Below are positions 19,870 to 29,673 of a stretch of 64,000 nt of DNA, in pieces. The stretch comes from an uncultured Planctomycetales bacterium (GTDB taxonomy: Bacteria > Omnitrophota > Gorgyraeia > Zapsychrales > JANLHA01): the NCBI GenBank assembly GCA_964595465.1, contig CAZQQI010000002.1, forward strand, positions 66,078 to 130,077, in the 5' to 3' direction. The notes beneath the pieces were generated by a model. The model saw only the letters and a program-made list of their open reading frames with translations, was not told where the DNA came from and did no database searches. Numbering within the stretch: position 1 is the first letter of the stretch; every line of letters starts with the position of its first letter. Position numbers and translations under genes: made by a program.

Positions 19870-20270
19870 AGGGAGAGCAGGAAGGCGGGATTCCGATCGG
19901 TTCGGTTCTGGTTCATAACGGAGCGATCATTGGGCGGGGACATAACCGCAGAATTCAGCAGGAAAGTGTGATCCGCCACGCGGAAATGGACGCTTTGGAA
20001 AACGCGGGCCGTTTGCCGGCCAATGTTTACCGGGAATGTGAATTATATACAACGTTGTCTCCCTGCAGCATGTGCTCGGGAGCTGTGATCCTTTACGGTA
20101 TACCAAAGGTCGTTATCGGTGAGAACAAGACGTTCAAAGGCGAAGAGAAGTGGCTTAAAGAACGCGGGGTCAAGCTTGATGTTCGTCAGGATGAAGCGTG
20201 TATGAAATTGATGAAGAAATTTATCGATGATGAACCTGAACTCTGGAATGAGGATATCGGAGAAGAATAG
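19830..20270 (+). CDS. Yeast-type (Fcy1-like) cytosine deaminase, CDA-fold zinc deaminase
   Basis: 'HAEMDALEN' and 'LYTTLSPCSMCSGAVILYGIPKVVIGEN...FIDDEPELWNEDIGE' align nearly end-to-end with S. cerevisiae Fcy1 as recalled. Overlaps the photolyase 3' end by about 40 nt. Confidence 0.8.
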   Translation: MDEFMQAAIAQALKGEQEGGIPIGSVLVHNGAIIGRGHNRRIQQESVIRHAEMDALENAGRLPANVYRECELYTTLSPCSMCSGAVILYGIPKVVIGENKTFKGEEKWLKERGVKLDVRQDEACMKLMKKFIDDEPELWNEDIGEE

Positions 20271-20336
20271 CAGTCCGTATCCCCGGTATGGCTGTTTTGC
20301 CGGCTGAAAAACGGAATGCCTGGAGAAAGGCGTACT

Positions 20337-20807
20337 ATGATCTATCGGATTGAACAGGCAACGATGAAAGACGCGCAGGAGATTCACCGTCTGGTCAGGA
20401 ATTCTGCCCGCCGACAGGAAATGCTCCCGCGGCCGCTGCAGTCGGTCTATGAAAATCTGCGTAACTTTTTCATCTGCCGGAACCGTACCGGACGCGTTAT
20501 CGGCTGCTGCGCCATGCAGATCGTCTGGGAGGATCTGGCAGAGATCCGTTCCCTGGCGGTCGAGCCGCGCTATCACCGCAAAGGGATCGGACGTATGCTG
20601 GTTGGCGCGGCGCTTTCGGAGGCCGCACGTATGGAGATTAAAGAAGTTTTTTTGCTGACCTATGTTCCGGAATTCTTTCAGAAATTCGGCTTCCGCCGGG
20701 TCTCTAAAAAGCGGCTGCCGCATAAGATCTGGACGGATTGTCTGAATTGCCCGCAGTTCCCGGATTGTGATGAGGTCGCTATGCTCCGCGTGGGGAAAAA
20801 GGCGTAA
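20337..20807 (+). CDS. GNAT-family N-acetyltransferase (ArgA C-domain-like, N-acetylglutamate synthase-like)
   Basis: 'IRSLAVEPRYHRKGIGRMLVGAAL' acetyl-CoA-binding motif. The track ORF starts 21 nt earlier at 20316. Confidence 0.7.
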   Translation: MIYRIEQATMKDAQEIHRLVRNSARRQEMLPRPLQSVYENLRNFFICRNRTGRVIGCCAMQIVWEDLAEIRSLAVEPRYHRKGIGRMLVGAALSEAARMEIKEVFLLTYVPEFFQKFGFRRVSKKRLPHKIWTDCLNCPQFPDCDEVAMLRVGKKA

Positions 20808-20927
20808 TCTGCAGAAATCACAGCGGCACTTTCCGGCGGCGCCTGCGGTGCTTTTTTTTCGCAGGGCGGCTTCTTCCTGATCTTCGTTCGCGGCTGTCTC
20901 TGATCCATATGAAAGATCTTTTCGTCC

Positions 20928-20955
20928 TTGACATCACTGGAATATATGTTACTAT
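20928..20955 (+). promoter_or_regulatory. Candidate sigma70 promoter of the trp operon (TTGACA-N16-TACTAT)
   Basis: Seen directly. The -10 element overlaps the left arm of the 38-bp palindrome. Confidence 0.45.
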
Positions 20956-20985
20956 TTGTAGTAACATGTTACTACAAATAGTAAC
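20948..20985 (+). promoter_or_regulatory. Perfect 38-bp palindrome, candidate trp operator: GTTACTATTTGTAGTAAC-AT-GTTACTACAAATAGTAAC
   Basis: The whole 38-mer equals its own reverse complement. Each 18-bp half is itself an inverted repeat (GTTACTA/TAGTAAC). It ends 12 bp before the trpE start. Confidence 0.6.
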
Positions 20986-20997
20986 GGATGGAGTGTC

Positions 20998-22425
20998 ATG
21001 AAAAAATCCATTTCGGTTAAAACGGTTCCGGCAGACCGCTTCACGCCGCTGGTGATATTCAAAAAACTCGGTGGAAAAGCATTGCTGGAATCCGCGGTCC
21101 TGGAGATCGGCAAAAGCCGTTATTCGATTATATTGGTGGAAGAAGCCTTTCGCGTTTTACTGGACAACCGCGGAGTGGTCCGCCGCGATCAGGACGGATC
21201 TGAGCAGCTGCTTTCTTCTAAGCCGGATGATCTGCTGGATATCCTCAAAAAAGAAGGCCAGGACCTGCTTCAGGAAAAAGATTACGGGTTCCCGATCCCT
21301 GCCTGCGGTCTCGGCTATCTCGGTTATGAGACAGCTGCCCTGTTCGACAAAATTCCGCTTAAACCCCAGCGCGATGAACTGAAAATTCCCGATGCGGTCT
21401 TTTTATTCGGTTCGCTTTTTGTGATTTTCGATCATTATAAAGATGAACTGAAGATCGCGGCGTTGGATCATGGCCGGCAGGGGAAGAAGGCGATCGAACG
21501 GGTTGTGGAGCGTCTGATGGATAATGATTTCCGCGCTTACCGCAGTTCGGATGAAACCTTTTCCTGTGAAGGGGATATTGCTGCGGGCAGGGACGAATTT
21601 ATTGCAGGTGTTAAGGAATTAAAAGAGCATATTATTGCCGGCGATATTATTCAGGGTGTCTTGTCCCGGCGGATCCGTATCGCGACCGAACTTTCGCCGC
21701 TTGACGCCTACAGCCGGCTGCGGCGTATCAATCCCTCACCGTATCTTTTCTACCTTGATCTGGATGATGTCCAGCTGCTGGGTTCTTCTCCCGAACTCAT
21801 GGTGTCGTTAGCCGGGGAAACGTCCACGATTAAACCCATTGCCGGGACCCGGCCCCGCGGAAAGAACCGCAAGGCTGACCTGGCGTATGAACAGGAATTG
21901 CTGGGTGATATCAAGGAACGGGCCGAACATCTCATGCTGGTGGATCTGGCCCGTAATGATCTCGGACGCACCGCACGTTCCGGAACGGTCATTCCGCGGT
22001 CGCTGTACAGCATTGAACGCTATTCCCATGTCATGCATATTGTTTCGGAGATCGAATCGGAACTCGCCCCGGAGCATGATGTCTATGATCTGATCCGGAC
22101 AACATTTCCGGCCGGGACGGTTTCCGGAGCCCCCAAGATCAAGGCTATGGAGCTGGTCTCGAAAATTGAGAAGGTTAAACGCGGTCCGTACGCGGGGCTG
22201 ATCGGACATTTCGACATCAATGGAGATTTTGATTCCTGTATTACCATCCGTTCTCTGATCTATAAGGACGGCGCGTATTATTTGCAGGCCGGAGCGGGGA
22301 TTGTTTATGATTCGGTTCCGGAAAAGGAATTTGAAGAAACCATGCATAAGGCGCGCGCTCTGATCTCGTCTTTGTGTATGGATGTCAATGAGCCGCCGCA
22401 AGGCAAGAAAGGACGCAGATCATGA
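20998..22425 (+). CDS. trpE: Anthranilate synthase component I
   Basis: 'LMLVDLARNDLGR', 'FPAGTVSGAPKIKAMELV', 'RGPYAGLIGHFDINGDFDSCITIRS' chorismate-binding-enzyme motifs. GGAG RBS. Confidence 0.9.
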   Translation: MKKSISVKTVPADRFTPLVIFKKLGGKALLESAVLEIGKSRYSIILVEEAFRVLLDNRGVVRRDQDGSEQLLSSKPDDLLDILKKEGQDLLQEKDYGFPIPACGLGYLGYETAALFDKIPLKPQRDELKIPDAVFLFGSLFVIFDHYKDELKIAALDHGRQGKKAIERVVERLMDNDFRAYRSSDETFSCEGDIAAGRDEFIAGVKELKEHIIAGDIIQGVLSRRIRIATELSPLDAYSRLRRINPSPYLFYLDLDDVQLLGSSPELMVSLAGETSTIKPIAGTRPRGKNRKADLAYEQELLGDIKERAEHLMLVDLARNDLGRTARSGTVIPRSLYSIERYSHVMHIVSEIESELAPEHDVYDLIRTTFPAGTVSGAPKIKAMELVSKIEKVKRGPYAGLIGHFDINGDFDSCITIRSLIYKDGAYYLQAGAGIVYDSVPEKEFEETMHKARALISSLCMDVNEPPQGKKGRRS

Positions 22426-24020
22426 TCCTGATGATCGACAATTATGACTCGTTCACATTTAATCTGGTCCAGTTAATTCAGACGATGGGGCATGATGTTA
22501 AGACCGTCCGTAATGATGAGATCACGCTGGCGCAGATCACCTGTATGCGGCCCAGTCATATTATTATTTCCCCCGGTCCGGGCCGTCCGGATGATGCCGG
22601 GATTTCTTTGAGCGTGATCAAACGCTTCGGCGGGAAAATTCCGATCCTGGGTGTGTGTCTGGGGCATCAGTGCATTATTCAGGCCTACGGCGGGGATATT
22701 ATCGCCGCCAACCGTATCGTGCACGGTAAGCCTTCGCCGGTGGTCCATGATAATAAAGGTCTGTTCCGTAATCTGCCGCAGAACTTTGAGGTGATCCGTT
22801 ATCACTCCCTGGGCGGGGATCCCAGCACGCTCCCCGAGTGTCTTGAGGTTTCGGCAACCGCGGCGGACGATGAGACGATTATGGGTGTCAGGCATCTGCA
22901 GCATCCTGTGGTCGGCGTGCAGTTTCATCCCGAGTCCATCGGTACAGCAGAGGGGCGGAAGATCCTGTTCAATTTTTTTCATTATAAACCTGAAGAACCC
23001 CAGAAATTTTCTCTCTTAAAGAAGCTGGCGTCTGGTTCGGATCTTACAGATAAGGAGGCGTATGTGATCATGGATGAGATCACAGACGGCGAATTCACAG
23101 ACAGTCAGATCGGAGCATTTTTGGGCGGGCTCTCGGTCAAAGGAGTGTCGCCGCAGGAACTGAGCAGTTTCGTCCGTGTTCTGCGGGAGAAAACCGGGGT
23201 GACCAGCCGCATGCGAGGGCTTTTGGATACCTGCGGGACCGGCGGCGACGGCCGGCATACTTTTAATATTTCGACCGCCGCGGCTCTGTTATGCGGATAT
23301 TGCGGTGCCCGGGTGGCCAAGCACGGCAACCGCGCGATCACCTCCAAATCCGGGAGTTTCGATTTTTTGAAAAGTCTGGGGGTTACGACCGGCGGGGATA
23401 TCCGCGTGAATAAAAAGGCACTTAAAGAAAACAATTTTGCTTTCTTTTTTGCGCCGGGATATCATTCCGCGATGCGCCATGTTGCCAAGGCGCGCAGGGA
23501 TATCAAGATCCGCACGGTGTTTAATATGATCGGACCGTTGGCGAACCCTCTGGATCTGGATTATCAGCTCGTGGGGGTGTTTTCTCCGGATCTGCTGGAT
23601 CTCTTTGCGGAAGCCATGCGTTTTCTGGGGCGCAAACGGGCCATGGTGGTCCATTCTTACGACGGGATGGATGAGATCAGTGTCTGTGCGCCGACTATGG
23701 TCAGAGAGTTAAAGAAAAACGGTGAGATCAAAACGTATGACATTGAACCGGCGGATTATGGGATAACGGGTTACACTTTAGACGACCTGCGCGGGGCCTC
23801 CGCTCCGGAAAATGCGGCCATGTTCCGCAAGATCATGGTTCAGAAGCGTCCTGCGAAAAATCTTTCCGCGATTAAAGCCGCGGTCTGTCTTAACGCCGGG
23901 GCAGGACTTTACATTTCCGGTCAGGCGGAATCGATCCGTGAAGGGTTTAAGGCAGCAGAGAAGGCCGTGACCCAGGCCGGTTTCCGTAAATATATTGCAG
24001 TGATGGAAGAGACAGAATGA
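22422..24020 (+). CDS. trpGD: Fused anthranilate synthase component II (glutamine amidotransferase) and anthranilate phosphoribosyltransferase
   Basis: N-terminal GATase1 ('ILGVCLGHQCI', 'VQFHPES'). C-terminal TrpD ('CGTGGDGRHTFNISTAAALLCGYCGARVAKHGNRAITSKSGSFDFL'). ATGA overlap with trpE. Confidence 0.9.
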   Translation: MILMIDNYDSFTFNLVQLIQTMGHDVKTVRNDEITLAQITCMRPSHIIISPGPGRPDDAGISLSVIKRFGGKIPILGVCLGHQCIIQAYGGDIIAANRIVHGKPSPVVHDNKGLFRNLPQNFEVIRYHSLGGDPSTLPECLEVSATAADDETIMGVRHLQHPVVGVQFHPESIGTAEGRKILFNFFHYKPEEPQKFSLLKKLASGSDLTDKEAYVIMDEITDGEFTDSQIGAFLGGLSVKGVSPQELSSFVRVLREKTGVTSRMRGLLDTCGTGGDGRHTFNISTAAALLCGYCGARVAKHGNRAITSKSGSFDFLKSLGVTTGGDIRVNKKALKENNFAFFFAPGYHSAMRHVAKARRDIKIRTVFNMIGPLANPLDLDYQLVGVFSPDLLDLFAEAMRFLGRKRAMVVHSYDGMDEISVCAPTMVRELKKNGEIKTYDIEPADYGITGYTLDDLRGASAPENAAMFRKIMVQKRPAKNLSAIKAAVCLNAGAGLYISGQAESIREGFKAAEKAVTQAGFRKYIAVMEETE

Positions 24021-25249
24021 GCCGGTTTTTCGGACAATTCGGAGGGCAGTATGTCGGCGAAGTTCTTAAGCCCGCTCTGATGGAACTGGAACAGGCATAC
24101 CGGACGATCATTCCGTCAGCGGAATTTCAGCAGCAGTTTACTACGCTGTTGCGGGATTATGTCGGACGTCCCACACCGCTCTATTTTGCGGAAAACGCCA
24201 CCCGTGACCTGGGCGGCGCCAGGATCTATATTAAATTGGAAGGGCTGGCCAACACCGGGGCGCATAAGATCAATAACGCTCTCGGTCAAGCCTTATTGGC
24301 AAAGATGATGGGAAAAACCCGCCTCATCGCTGAAACCGGCGCGGGACAGCATGGAGTGGCCGCGGCAGCGGCCTGTGCCAGGCTGGGTCTGGACTGCGAG
24401 GTCTTTATGGGGGCGGTCGATGTCCGTCGTCAGCAGCCTAATGTTTTTCTCATGAAACAATACGGCGCCCGGGTGACAGAAGTCAGCGACGGAACACAAA
24501 CTCTCAAAGACGCGGTGAACCGGACGCTGAAAGAATGGGCCGCCCGCAGTGCAGATACGCATTATCTTTTAGGATCAGCTTTAGGTCCGTATCCTTTCCC
24601 GGATATGGTGCGGGATTTTCAATCTGTGATCGGGCAGGAAGTCCGCCGTGATCTTTTGGAACGGGAAGGCCGTCTGCCGGATGTCGTAGTCGCCTGCTGC
24701 GGGGGCGGGTCTAACGCCATCGGAACGTTTGCTCCTTTTCTGGATGATGATGTCCGTTTGGTCGCGGTGGAGGCCGGAGGGATAGGGGACGGTGCTGGTG
24801 AGCATGCTGCCAGAATGACCGGCACCGGGCAACCGGGAATTATTGAAGGATATAAGTCCTATTTTCTGCAGACAGAGGACGGACAGGTGCTGCCGACCCA
24901 CTCGATCTCTGCGGGGCTGGATTATGCCGGCATCGGCCCGCAGTTAGCCCGCCTGGCGGAATCCGGACGGATTCAGTTTGAAATGGCCCGGGATAAAAAT
25001 GTCCTGGAGGCGTATCAGTATTTCGCCCGCAAAGAAGGGCTGCTTTTCGCCCTGGAATCCGCCCATGCCGCGGTCTATGCCCGCCGCGCGGCACCTGGCT
25101 TGTCAAAAGACGCGATCATGGTCATTACCATGTCCGGCCGCGGGGATAAAGATATTTTTATCACAGCGCGGGAATTGTATCATGATCCCTGGATGGAGTT
25201 TTTGAAACAGGAGATCAAATCCGACGGAGAACAGCATGGCCAAGAATGA
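24017..25249 (+). CDS. trpB: Tryptophan synthase beta chain
   Basis: 'GGQYVGEVL', 'LANTGAHKINNALGQALLAKMMGK' (PLP lysine), 'ETGAGQHGVAAA', 'GGGSNAIG'. ATGA overlap with trpGD. Confidence 0.9.
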   Translation: MSRFFGQFGGQYVGEVLKPALMELEQAYRTIIPSAEFQQQFTTLLRDYVGRPTPLYFAENATRDLGGARIYIKLEGLANTGAHKINNALGQALLAKMMGKTRLIAETGAGQHGVAAAAACARLGLDCEVFMGAVDVRRQQPNVFLMKQYGARVTEVSDGTQTLKDAVNRTLKEWAARSADTHYLLGSALGPYPFPDMVRDFQSVIGQEVRRDLLEREGRLPDVVVACCGGGSNAIGTFAPFLDDDVRLVAVEAGGIGDGAGEHAARMTGTGQPGIIEGYKSYFLQTEDGQVLPTHSISAGLDYAGIGPQLARLAESGRIQFEMARDKNVLEAYQYFARKEGLLFALESAHAAVYARRAAPGLSKDAIMVITMSGRGDKDIFITARELYHDPWMEFLKQEIKSDGEQHGQE

Positions 25250-25985
25250 TATTCAGCTGATGACCCATCTTGTGGCCGGCTTTCCGGACCGGCAGGGATT
25301 CGCGCAGGCTGTTTCCGGTTTGAAGCAGGGGGGAGCAGATATTCTGGAACTCCAGATCCCTTTTTCTGATCCGACCGCGGACGGGCCGGTGATCACCCGG
25401 GCCTGCGAAGAGGCCCTGCGGGAAGGATTTCGTGTGAACGATACGTTCGAGTATATCCGTCTGGCGCAGGATGCCGGTTTTAAACGGATCGTGCTGATGA
25501 CCTATGCCAATATTGTTTTCCGTTATGGATTTCAGCGTTATGCGGATGATATGAAACGCGCCGGAATCGAGGCCGTATTGGTTCCTGATCTGCCGTTTGA
25601 CGATGAAGACGGGTTTTATCAGACAGCGTTTGACGCGGGTCTGGACCCGATGCCGGTCGCTGTTGTGAGTATGTCTGCTGAACGGCTGGAGATCCTGCAG
25701 CAAAAACCTTTCCGCAAGATCTACGTCTCGATCCGCAGCGGAATTACCGGTCAGAAAAGCACGATCACCCCGCAGGTCAAAGATTTCCTCTCGCGGCTAT
25801 CCGCTTATGAGCGCTTCGCCGGTTTCGGTATCCGCTCTGCGCAGCAAATCCAGGAGCTGGCCCCGTACGCTGATGCCGCTGTCGTGGGGTCGTATTTTAC
25901 GGATATTATCGCCTGCATTTCGGAAAAAGGGGGCTCTGTCAAGGACGCTGTACGGAAAGCGGTTCAGGATTTAAAAGCGCTTTAG
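25236..25985 (+). CDS. trpA: Tryptophan synthase alpha chain
   Basis: 'LMTHLVAGFPD', 'ILELQIPFSDPTADGPVI', 'LMTYANIVF', 'GFGIRS' TrpA motifs. 14-nt overlap with trpB. Confidence 0.85.
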   Translation: MAKNDIQLMTHLVAGFPDRQGFAQAVSGLKQGGADILELQIPFSDPTADGPVITRACEEALREGFRVNDTFEYIRLAQDAGFKRIVLMTYANIVFRYGFQRYADDMKRAGIEAVLVPDLPFDDEDGFYQTAFDAGLDPMPVAVVSMSAERLEILQQKPFRKIYVSIRSGITGQKSTITPQVKDFLSRLSAYERFAGFGIRSAQQIQELAPYADAAVVGSYFTDIIACISEKGGSVKDAVRKAVQDLKAL

Positions 25986-26067
25986 ATTTTTCGGTGTTCG
26001 CTGGACAGGGAGAGGCGAACTTGTTAATATATCCTGACTTTTAAAAGCTTTTAAAGGATTCTCTTGC

Positions 26068-29000
26068 GTGAACCTATTTCCCAGCGCATTTCATAAGCCA
26101 TTTTTCCGCAGTCCGTGGTCACGGATCATCCTGTTTATACCCGCGCTCTTGTTTCTGCTTTTTGCTTTGAACCACGTCCGCTCCGTCATTAAACTGCAAT
26201 ATTTCCGCATTTTTGATCTGGACAAAACGATCTCCTGGATCGAAAACGAAGACGGGATCTTTCGCCGGTCGGCCTGGGGCGATCTGGACACGATCCTGCT
26301 CTCGGGTGATGAATGGAAGACATTTCAGACCGCGTTTTATCTTTACCGGCCGGGGGAAAGCGGGCTTATCTTTCGATATGTGAGTCCTGATGATTTTCAT
26401 TTAGTCCTTTTTAATGAAAAAGCGAATGTGATCGCGATCCTCCATCAGCAAGAAGGACAGGCGTCCTTGATCGACGTTGCTCCGTATGAATTTCAGGAAA
26501 GCAATCTCTGCATTCTGAAGGTCGATGACCGGAATGTCCGTGTGTTCACGGGAGGAGATCTTGTTTTAGAGGCCGATCTTGCTCCGCCGGAGGAGGACGC
26601 ATATCATTTCGGATTGATGGCCCAGCAGGCCTTAAGCGTATTTTCCGGTTTTCGTATTCAGGGTGTCATGGCGGACGGGACGCCTATCAAAGCCGCCAGC
26701 CCACCGGAACGCAACCGGCGATCCAATCCTGCCTTTCTTTTCCATGTATCTGTTTTTTTGCTTGCCGTGGTATTGTTAACAGCCACTTTTCTGTTTATCT
26801 TAGGCATACCCTGGCATGCGCTGAGATCGTCCTTATGGCCGATGAGCTGGACCGCCAGGGTGCTCCATGTTTTGGGAGCTATTTTTCTCTTTTGGCCTTT
26901 TCTCGCCCGCGGATCACTGCTGATCGGCAGTTATGATAATATCGGCGAGATATTGCCGCTGGCCTTTTATTCAAAGCAATTGTTTCTTGATATCCTGCAG
27001 GGAAAATCTCTGGGATTGTGGAACCCGCTGGTGCATAACGGTGTTCCGTTTTTCAGTAATCATTGGAATATGATCTATTATCCGGTCAACTGGCTGCTTT
27101 TTCTCGTGCCGGAGAAAAGTTTTTTATCAGCTATGACCCTGAAGATCTTTCTGGAGACAATCTTTCTTGGCTGGTTATCTTATGAGGTTTTCCGCCGTGA
27201 ATTCGGAAACCGGTTTTGGGCTTTGTGTGCGTCTCTGATCTATCAGCTTTCATCTGTTCTGATTTTTACTTATACCCTCTATCCGGCAACAGCTCTGTTC
27301 TTTGCTATGACCTGGGTCGGCTATGTTTTATGGACATTTTCGGAACGAAAACCTTCCTGGAGTTATTTATTGCTCTGTGTGTCAGGGTATTTTTTGCTGA
27401 CATCCGCCAATGTCGCTTTTGTATTTTACGCTGTGTTGCTCCTTATTATTTCCGCTGTTTACCGCATGTCCCGCCCGGACCGTAAGCCGCATGAGATCCC
27501 GCTTATGCTGGCGGCCGGTCTAACCGCCGGTTTATTGAGTGTCGTTCGGTTGCTGCCGTGTCTGTGGGGAATACTGAACAGTAACCGTGTGGTTGACCAA
27601 TTCGCGACACTGCATTCCCGTGTTTTTACCGTGGTCCGTTTTTTTGTTCCTCAGCTTTTTGGCTGGCTGGGACCGGAAGCTATGCCGGTTCTGCAGAACG
27701 AACATTTGGATTTGGCCGATACGTTCGCCGGGATGAATCCGCATAATAACGGGTTTTTTTATTTTGGGATCTTTGCGGCTGTTCTTTTACTGGGCGGCCT
27801 GGTGACTCCTCTGCTGAGAGGAAAGGCTAAGTTTTGGCGGGTCTTCGCGGGGCTGACGCTGATCGTTGCCTTTCTCTGGCAGCCGATCTGGGGAGTTCTC
27901 AGTATCCTCTTTTTTCCGCTGAATCATTTGTCATATACCATTGTTTTATTGCCGCTGCCCTTATGCATGGTAATGGGTTATGCCGGGATGAGGATCTTTG
28001 ATCGGGACAACACAGTGGCCTGGGCCCGCAATACGTCTGCAGCCCTTGCCTTAGCCGCGGCATACGTCCTTGTTTTTCTGGTCTATCTTTTCCCGGAAAC
28101 GGTCAATGCCGCGAGAGGGATAATCCTTGTCATTTTGGCCTTTTCCGCTGTTTGGATGCTTTGCTGTAAACGATATCAGGAGTATATTCCTCTTTGCAGA
28201 CAAGGAATGATGGTGATTGTCTTTGCATTATATCTAATATGCCTGACGTTGGTGACCGGCATTTTGCTGTATCATCCTTTTGCTCAGCAGTCTGCGTTAA
28301 CCCGCTGGTTCTTTCTGCCCTGGCTGGGTGTTATGGGTGCTGCGGCTCTGGCCGGATATATCCGCCGGGAATACGCGGAAAAATCCGGTCCGGTTCAGAA
28401 AATCCCGTTTCGGGTGTATTGGCCGCTGGCATTGGTGACCCTCGTTGGGATAGGAATGATAATGACTCTGCCGTATTTTGTGCGATTCCTGCGGCTCGTG
28501 CGCCAACCTGCTTTTAATTATGCGGTGGAGAGTGCCTACGGGATCTTGATCTTCTTTTCGCTCACTTTGCTTTTCTCTTTTGGTTATGTCCTCTGGAGGC
28601 GCAGACTGGTTTCATCCGTGATTTTGGGCGTTCTTTTCATTGCTTTCCTATGGGCAGATCTGCTGGTCTTTAACCAACGGTTTAAATCCATCGCCGCGCC
28701 GTTTTATTATCCCCATGCTTTTTATAAGTCATCCTTCCGATATCCGGAATTGCCTGCCCAGCTAGATGAACGCCTTGACCTGATCAATTACCGGGCTGCT
28801 TCGCAGGAGCATATAGCGTTGAACGCGAATAAAAACATTGTCGCCGGGGTGCCGAGCTATACCGGGACAATCGGCTATATGCCCCGGCGCTTCGCCCGTT
28901 TTGCTGCCGCGTTCGGTATGCCGAGGGAATCGATTTTGATCTATCCCAGTGATGCCATTGAAGATTCCCGATTTCTTGATCTGTCGGCTGTCCGTTATAT

Positions 29001-29508
29001 TTTCAAAGAGGGAGGAGGGGTGCGTTCCCGGCCTTCTGCGCTGAGCCGTCTGAATATCGCCTATGCCTATGAAGTGGTCCCGGATGAGCAAGTACTCCTG
29101 GACAAATTGTCGTCAACAGGGTTTGATCATCATCAAACAGTTTTAGTTACTAAGGATTTGAAACTGCCCTTAGCAGAAAGTGATCCCCGGCCGATCAGCA
29201 CGATCGCGATCGCGTCGCAAGGGAGGGATTTCCTGCGGACATCATTTATCGCGGAGCGTCCCGGCTTGATCCTTTTTAATGAGTCGTATGATGAGGGCTG
29301 GCGGGTGTTTGTCGATGGCAAGGAGGCGGAGATCATTCCGGCGAATTACAACTTTATGGCGGTGGCTGTCCCGGCCGGGCGGCATGAGATTGAATTCCGC
29401 TATGAGCCGCATTTATTCCGGCTGTCTTTGCTGATCAGCGGCCTTGCCTTTTGCGCGATGGTTTTTACTACCGCGATCTTATATCGAAGTGAGCGCCGCC
29501 GAGCTTAA
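26068..29508 (+). CDS. Very large polytopic membrane protein, YfhO-like (putative lipid-linked glycosyltransferase of the GT-C class). GTG start.
   Basis: 1146 aa. Soluble N-terminal domain of about 190 aa, then about 20 TM helices and a C-terminal beta-rich soluble domain. The architecture resembles YfhO. Assignment is by topology only. Confidence 0.4.
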   Translation: MNLFPSAFHKPFFRSPWSRIILFIPALLFLLFALNHVRSVIKLQYFRIFDLDKTISWIENEDGIFRRSAWGDLDTILLSGDEWKTFQTAFYLYRPGESGLIFRYVSPDDFHLVLFNEKANVIAILHQQEGQASLIDVAPYEFQESNLCILKVDDRNVRVFTGGDLVLEADLAPPEEDAYHFGLMAQQALSVFSGFRIQGVMADGTPIKAASPPERNRRSNPAFLFHVSVFLLAVVLLTATFLFILGIPWHALRSSLWPMSWTARVLHVLGAIFLFWPFLARGSLLIGSYDNIGEILPLAFYSKQLFLDILQGKSLGLWNPLVHNGVPFFSNHWNMIYYPVNWLLFLVPEKSFLSAMTLKIFLETIFLGWLSYEVFRREFGNRFWALCASLIYQLSSVLIFTYTLYPATALFFAMTWVGYVLWTFSERKPSWSYLLLCVSGYFLLTSANVAFVFYAVLLLIISAVYRMSRPDRKPHEIPLMLAAGLTAGLLSVVRLLPCLWGILNSNRVVDQFATLHSRVFTVVRFFVPQLFGWLGPEAMPVLQNEHLDLADTFAGMNPHNNGFFYFGIFAAVLLLGGLVTPLLRGKAKFWRVFAGLTLIVAFLWQPIWGVLSILFFPLNHLSYTIVLLPLPLCMVMGYAGMRIFDRDNTVAWARNTSAALALAAAYVLVFLVYLFPETVNAARGIILVILAFSAVWMLCCKRYQEYIPLCRQGMMVIVFALYLICLTLVTGILLYHPFAQQSALTRWFFLPWLGVMGAAALAGYIRREYAEKSGPVQKIPFRVYWPLALVTLVGIGMIMTLPYFVRFLRLVRQPAFNYAVESAYGILIFFSLTLLFSFGYVLWRRRLVSSVILGVLFIAFLWADLLVFNQRFKSIAAPFYYPHAFYKSSFRYPELPAQLDERLDLINYRAASQEHIALNANKNIVAGVPSYTGTIGYMPRRFARFAAAFGMPRESILIYPSDAIEDSRFLDLSAVRYIFKEGGGVRSRPSALSRLNIAYAYEVVPDEQVLLDKLSSTGFDHHQTVLVTKDLKLPLAESDPRPISTIAIASQGRDFLRTSFIAERPGLILFNESYDEGWRVFVDGKEAEIIPANYNFMAVAVPAGRHEIEFRYEPHLFRLSLLISGLAFCAMVFTTAILYRSERRRA

Positions 29509-29592
29509 CGTATTTTCTGAAATTATTTGTGTCTCAATTAGGCGGCATTATCCGTCGCAAAAATTATCAGAGACATGAAATAAGATATCGCT

Positions 29593-29673
29593 CCTCCCCC
29601 TTTATGGGGGAGGCTGGGTGGGGGTTTTGCTTGACGAGATCCCCCTCCCTAACCCTCCCCACAAGGGGGAGGG
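29593..29673. repeat. Pair of GC-homopolymer hairpins (CCTCCCCC-ttta-GGGGGAGG and CCCTCCCC-acaa-GGGGGAGGG) with G-quadruplex-capable runs, in a convergent intergenic region
   Basis: Seen directly. The minus strand reads GGGGAGGGTTAGGGAGGGGG (four G-runs with 1-3 nt loops). The plus strand reads GGGGGAGGCTGGGTGGGGG followed by TTTT. Confidence 0.6.

Noticed and set aside
20043-20723. 226-aa minus-strand ORF spanning the deaminase/GNAT junction
   Set aside because: Overlaps two well-supported plus-strand genes. No recognisable motif.
20808-20900. Possible terminator after the GNAT gene (GC-rich segment followed by GTGCTTTTTTTTCGC)
   Set aside because: I could not define a clean stem by eye. 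The T-run alone is insufficient evidence.
21808-22401. 197-aa minus-strand ORF and several 60-110-aa ORFs inside trpE/trpGD/trpB
   Set aside because: All are embedded antisense or out-of-frame within conserved trp genes.
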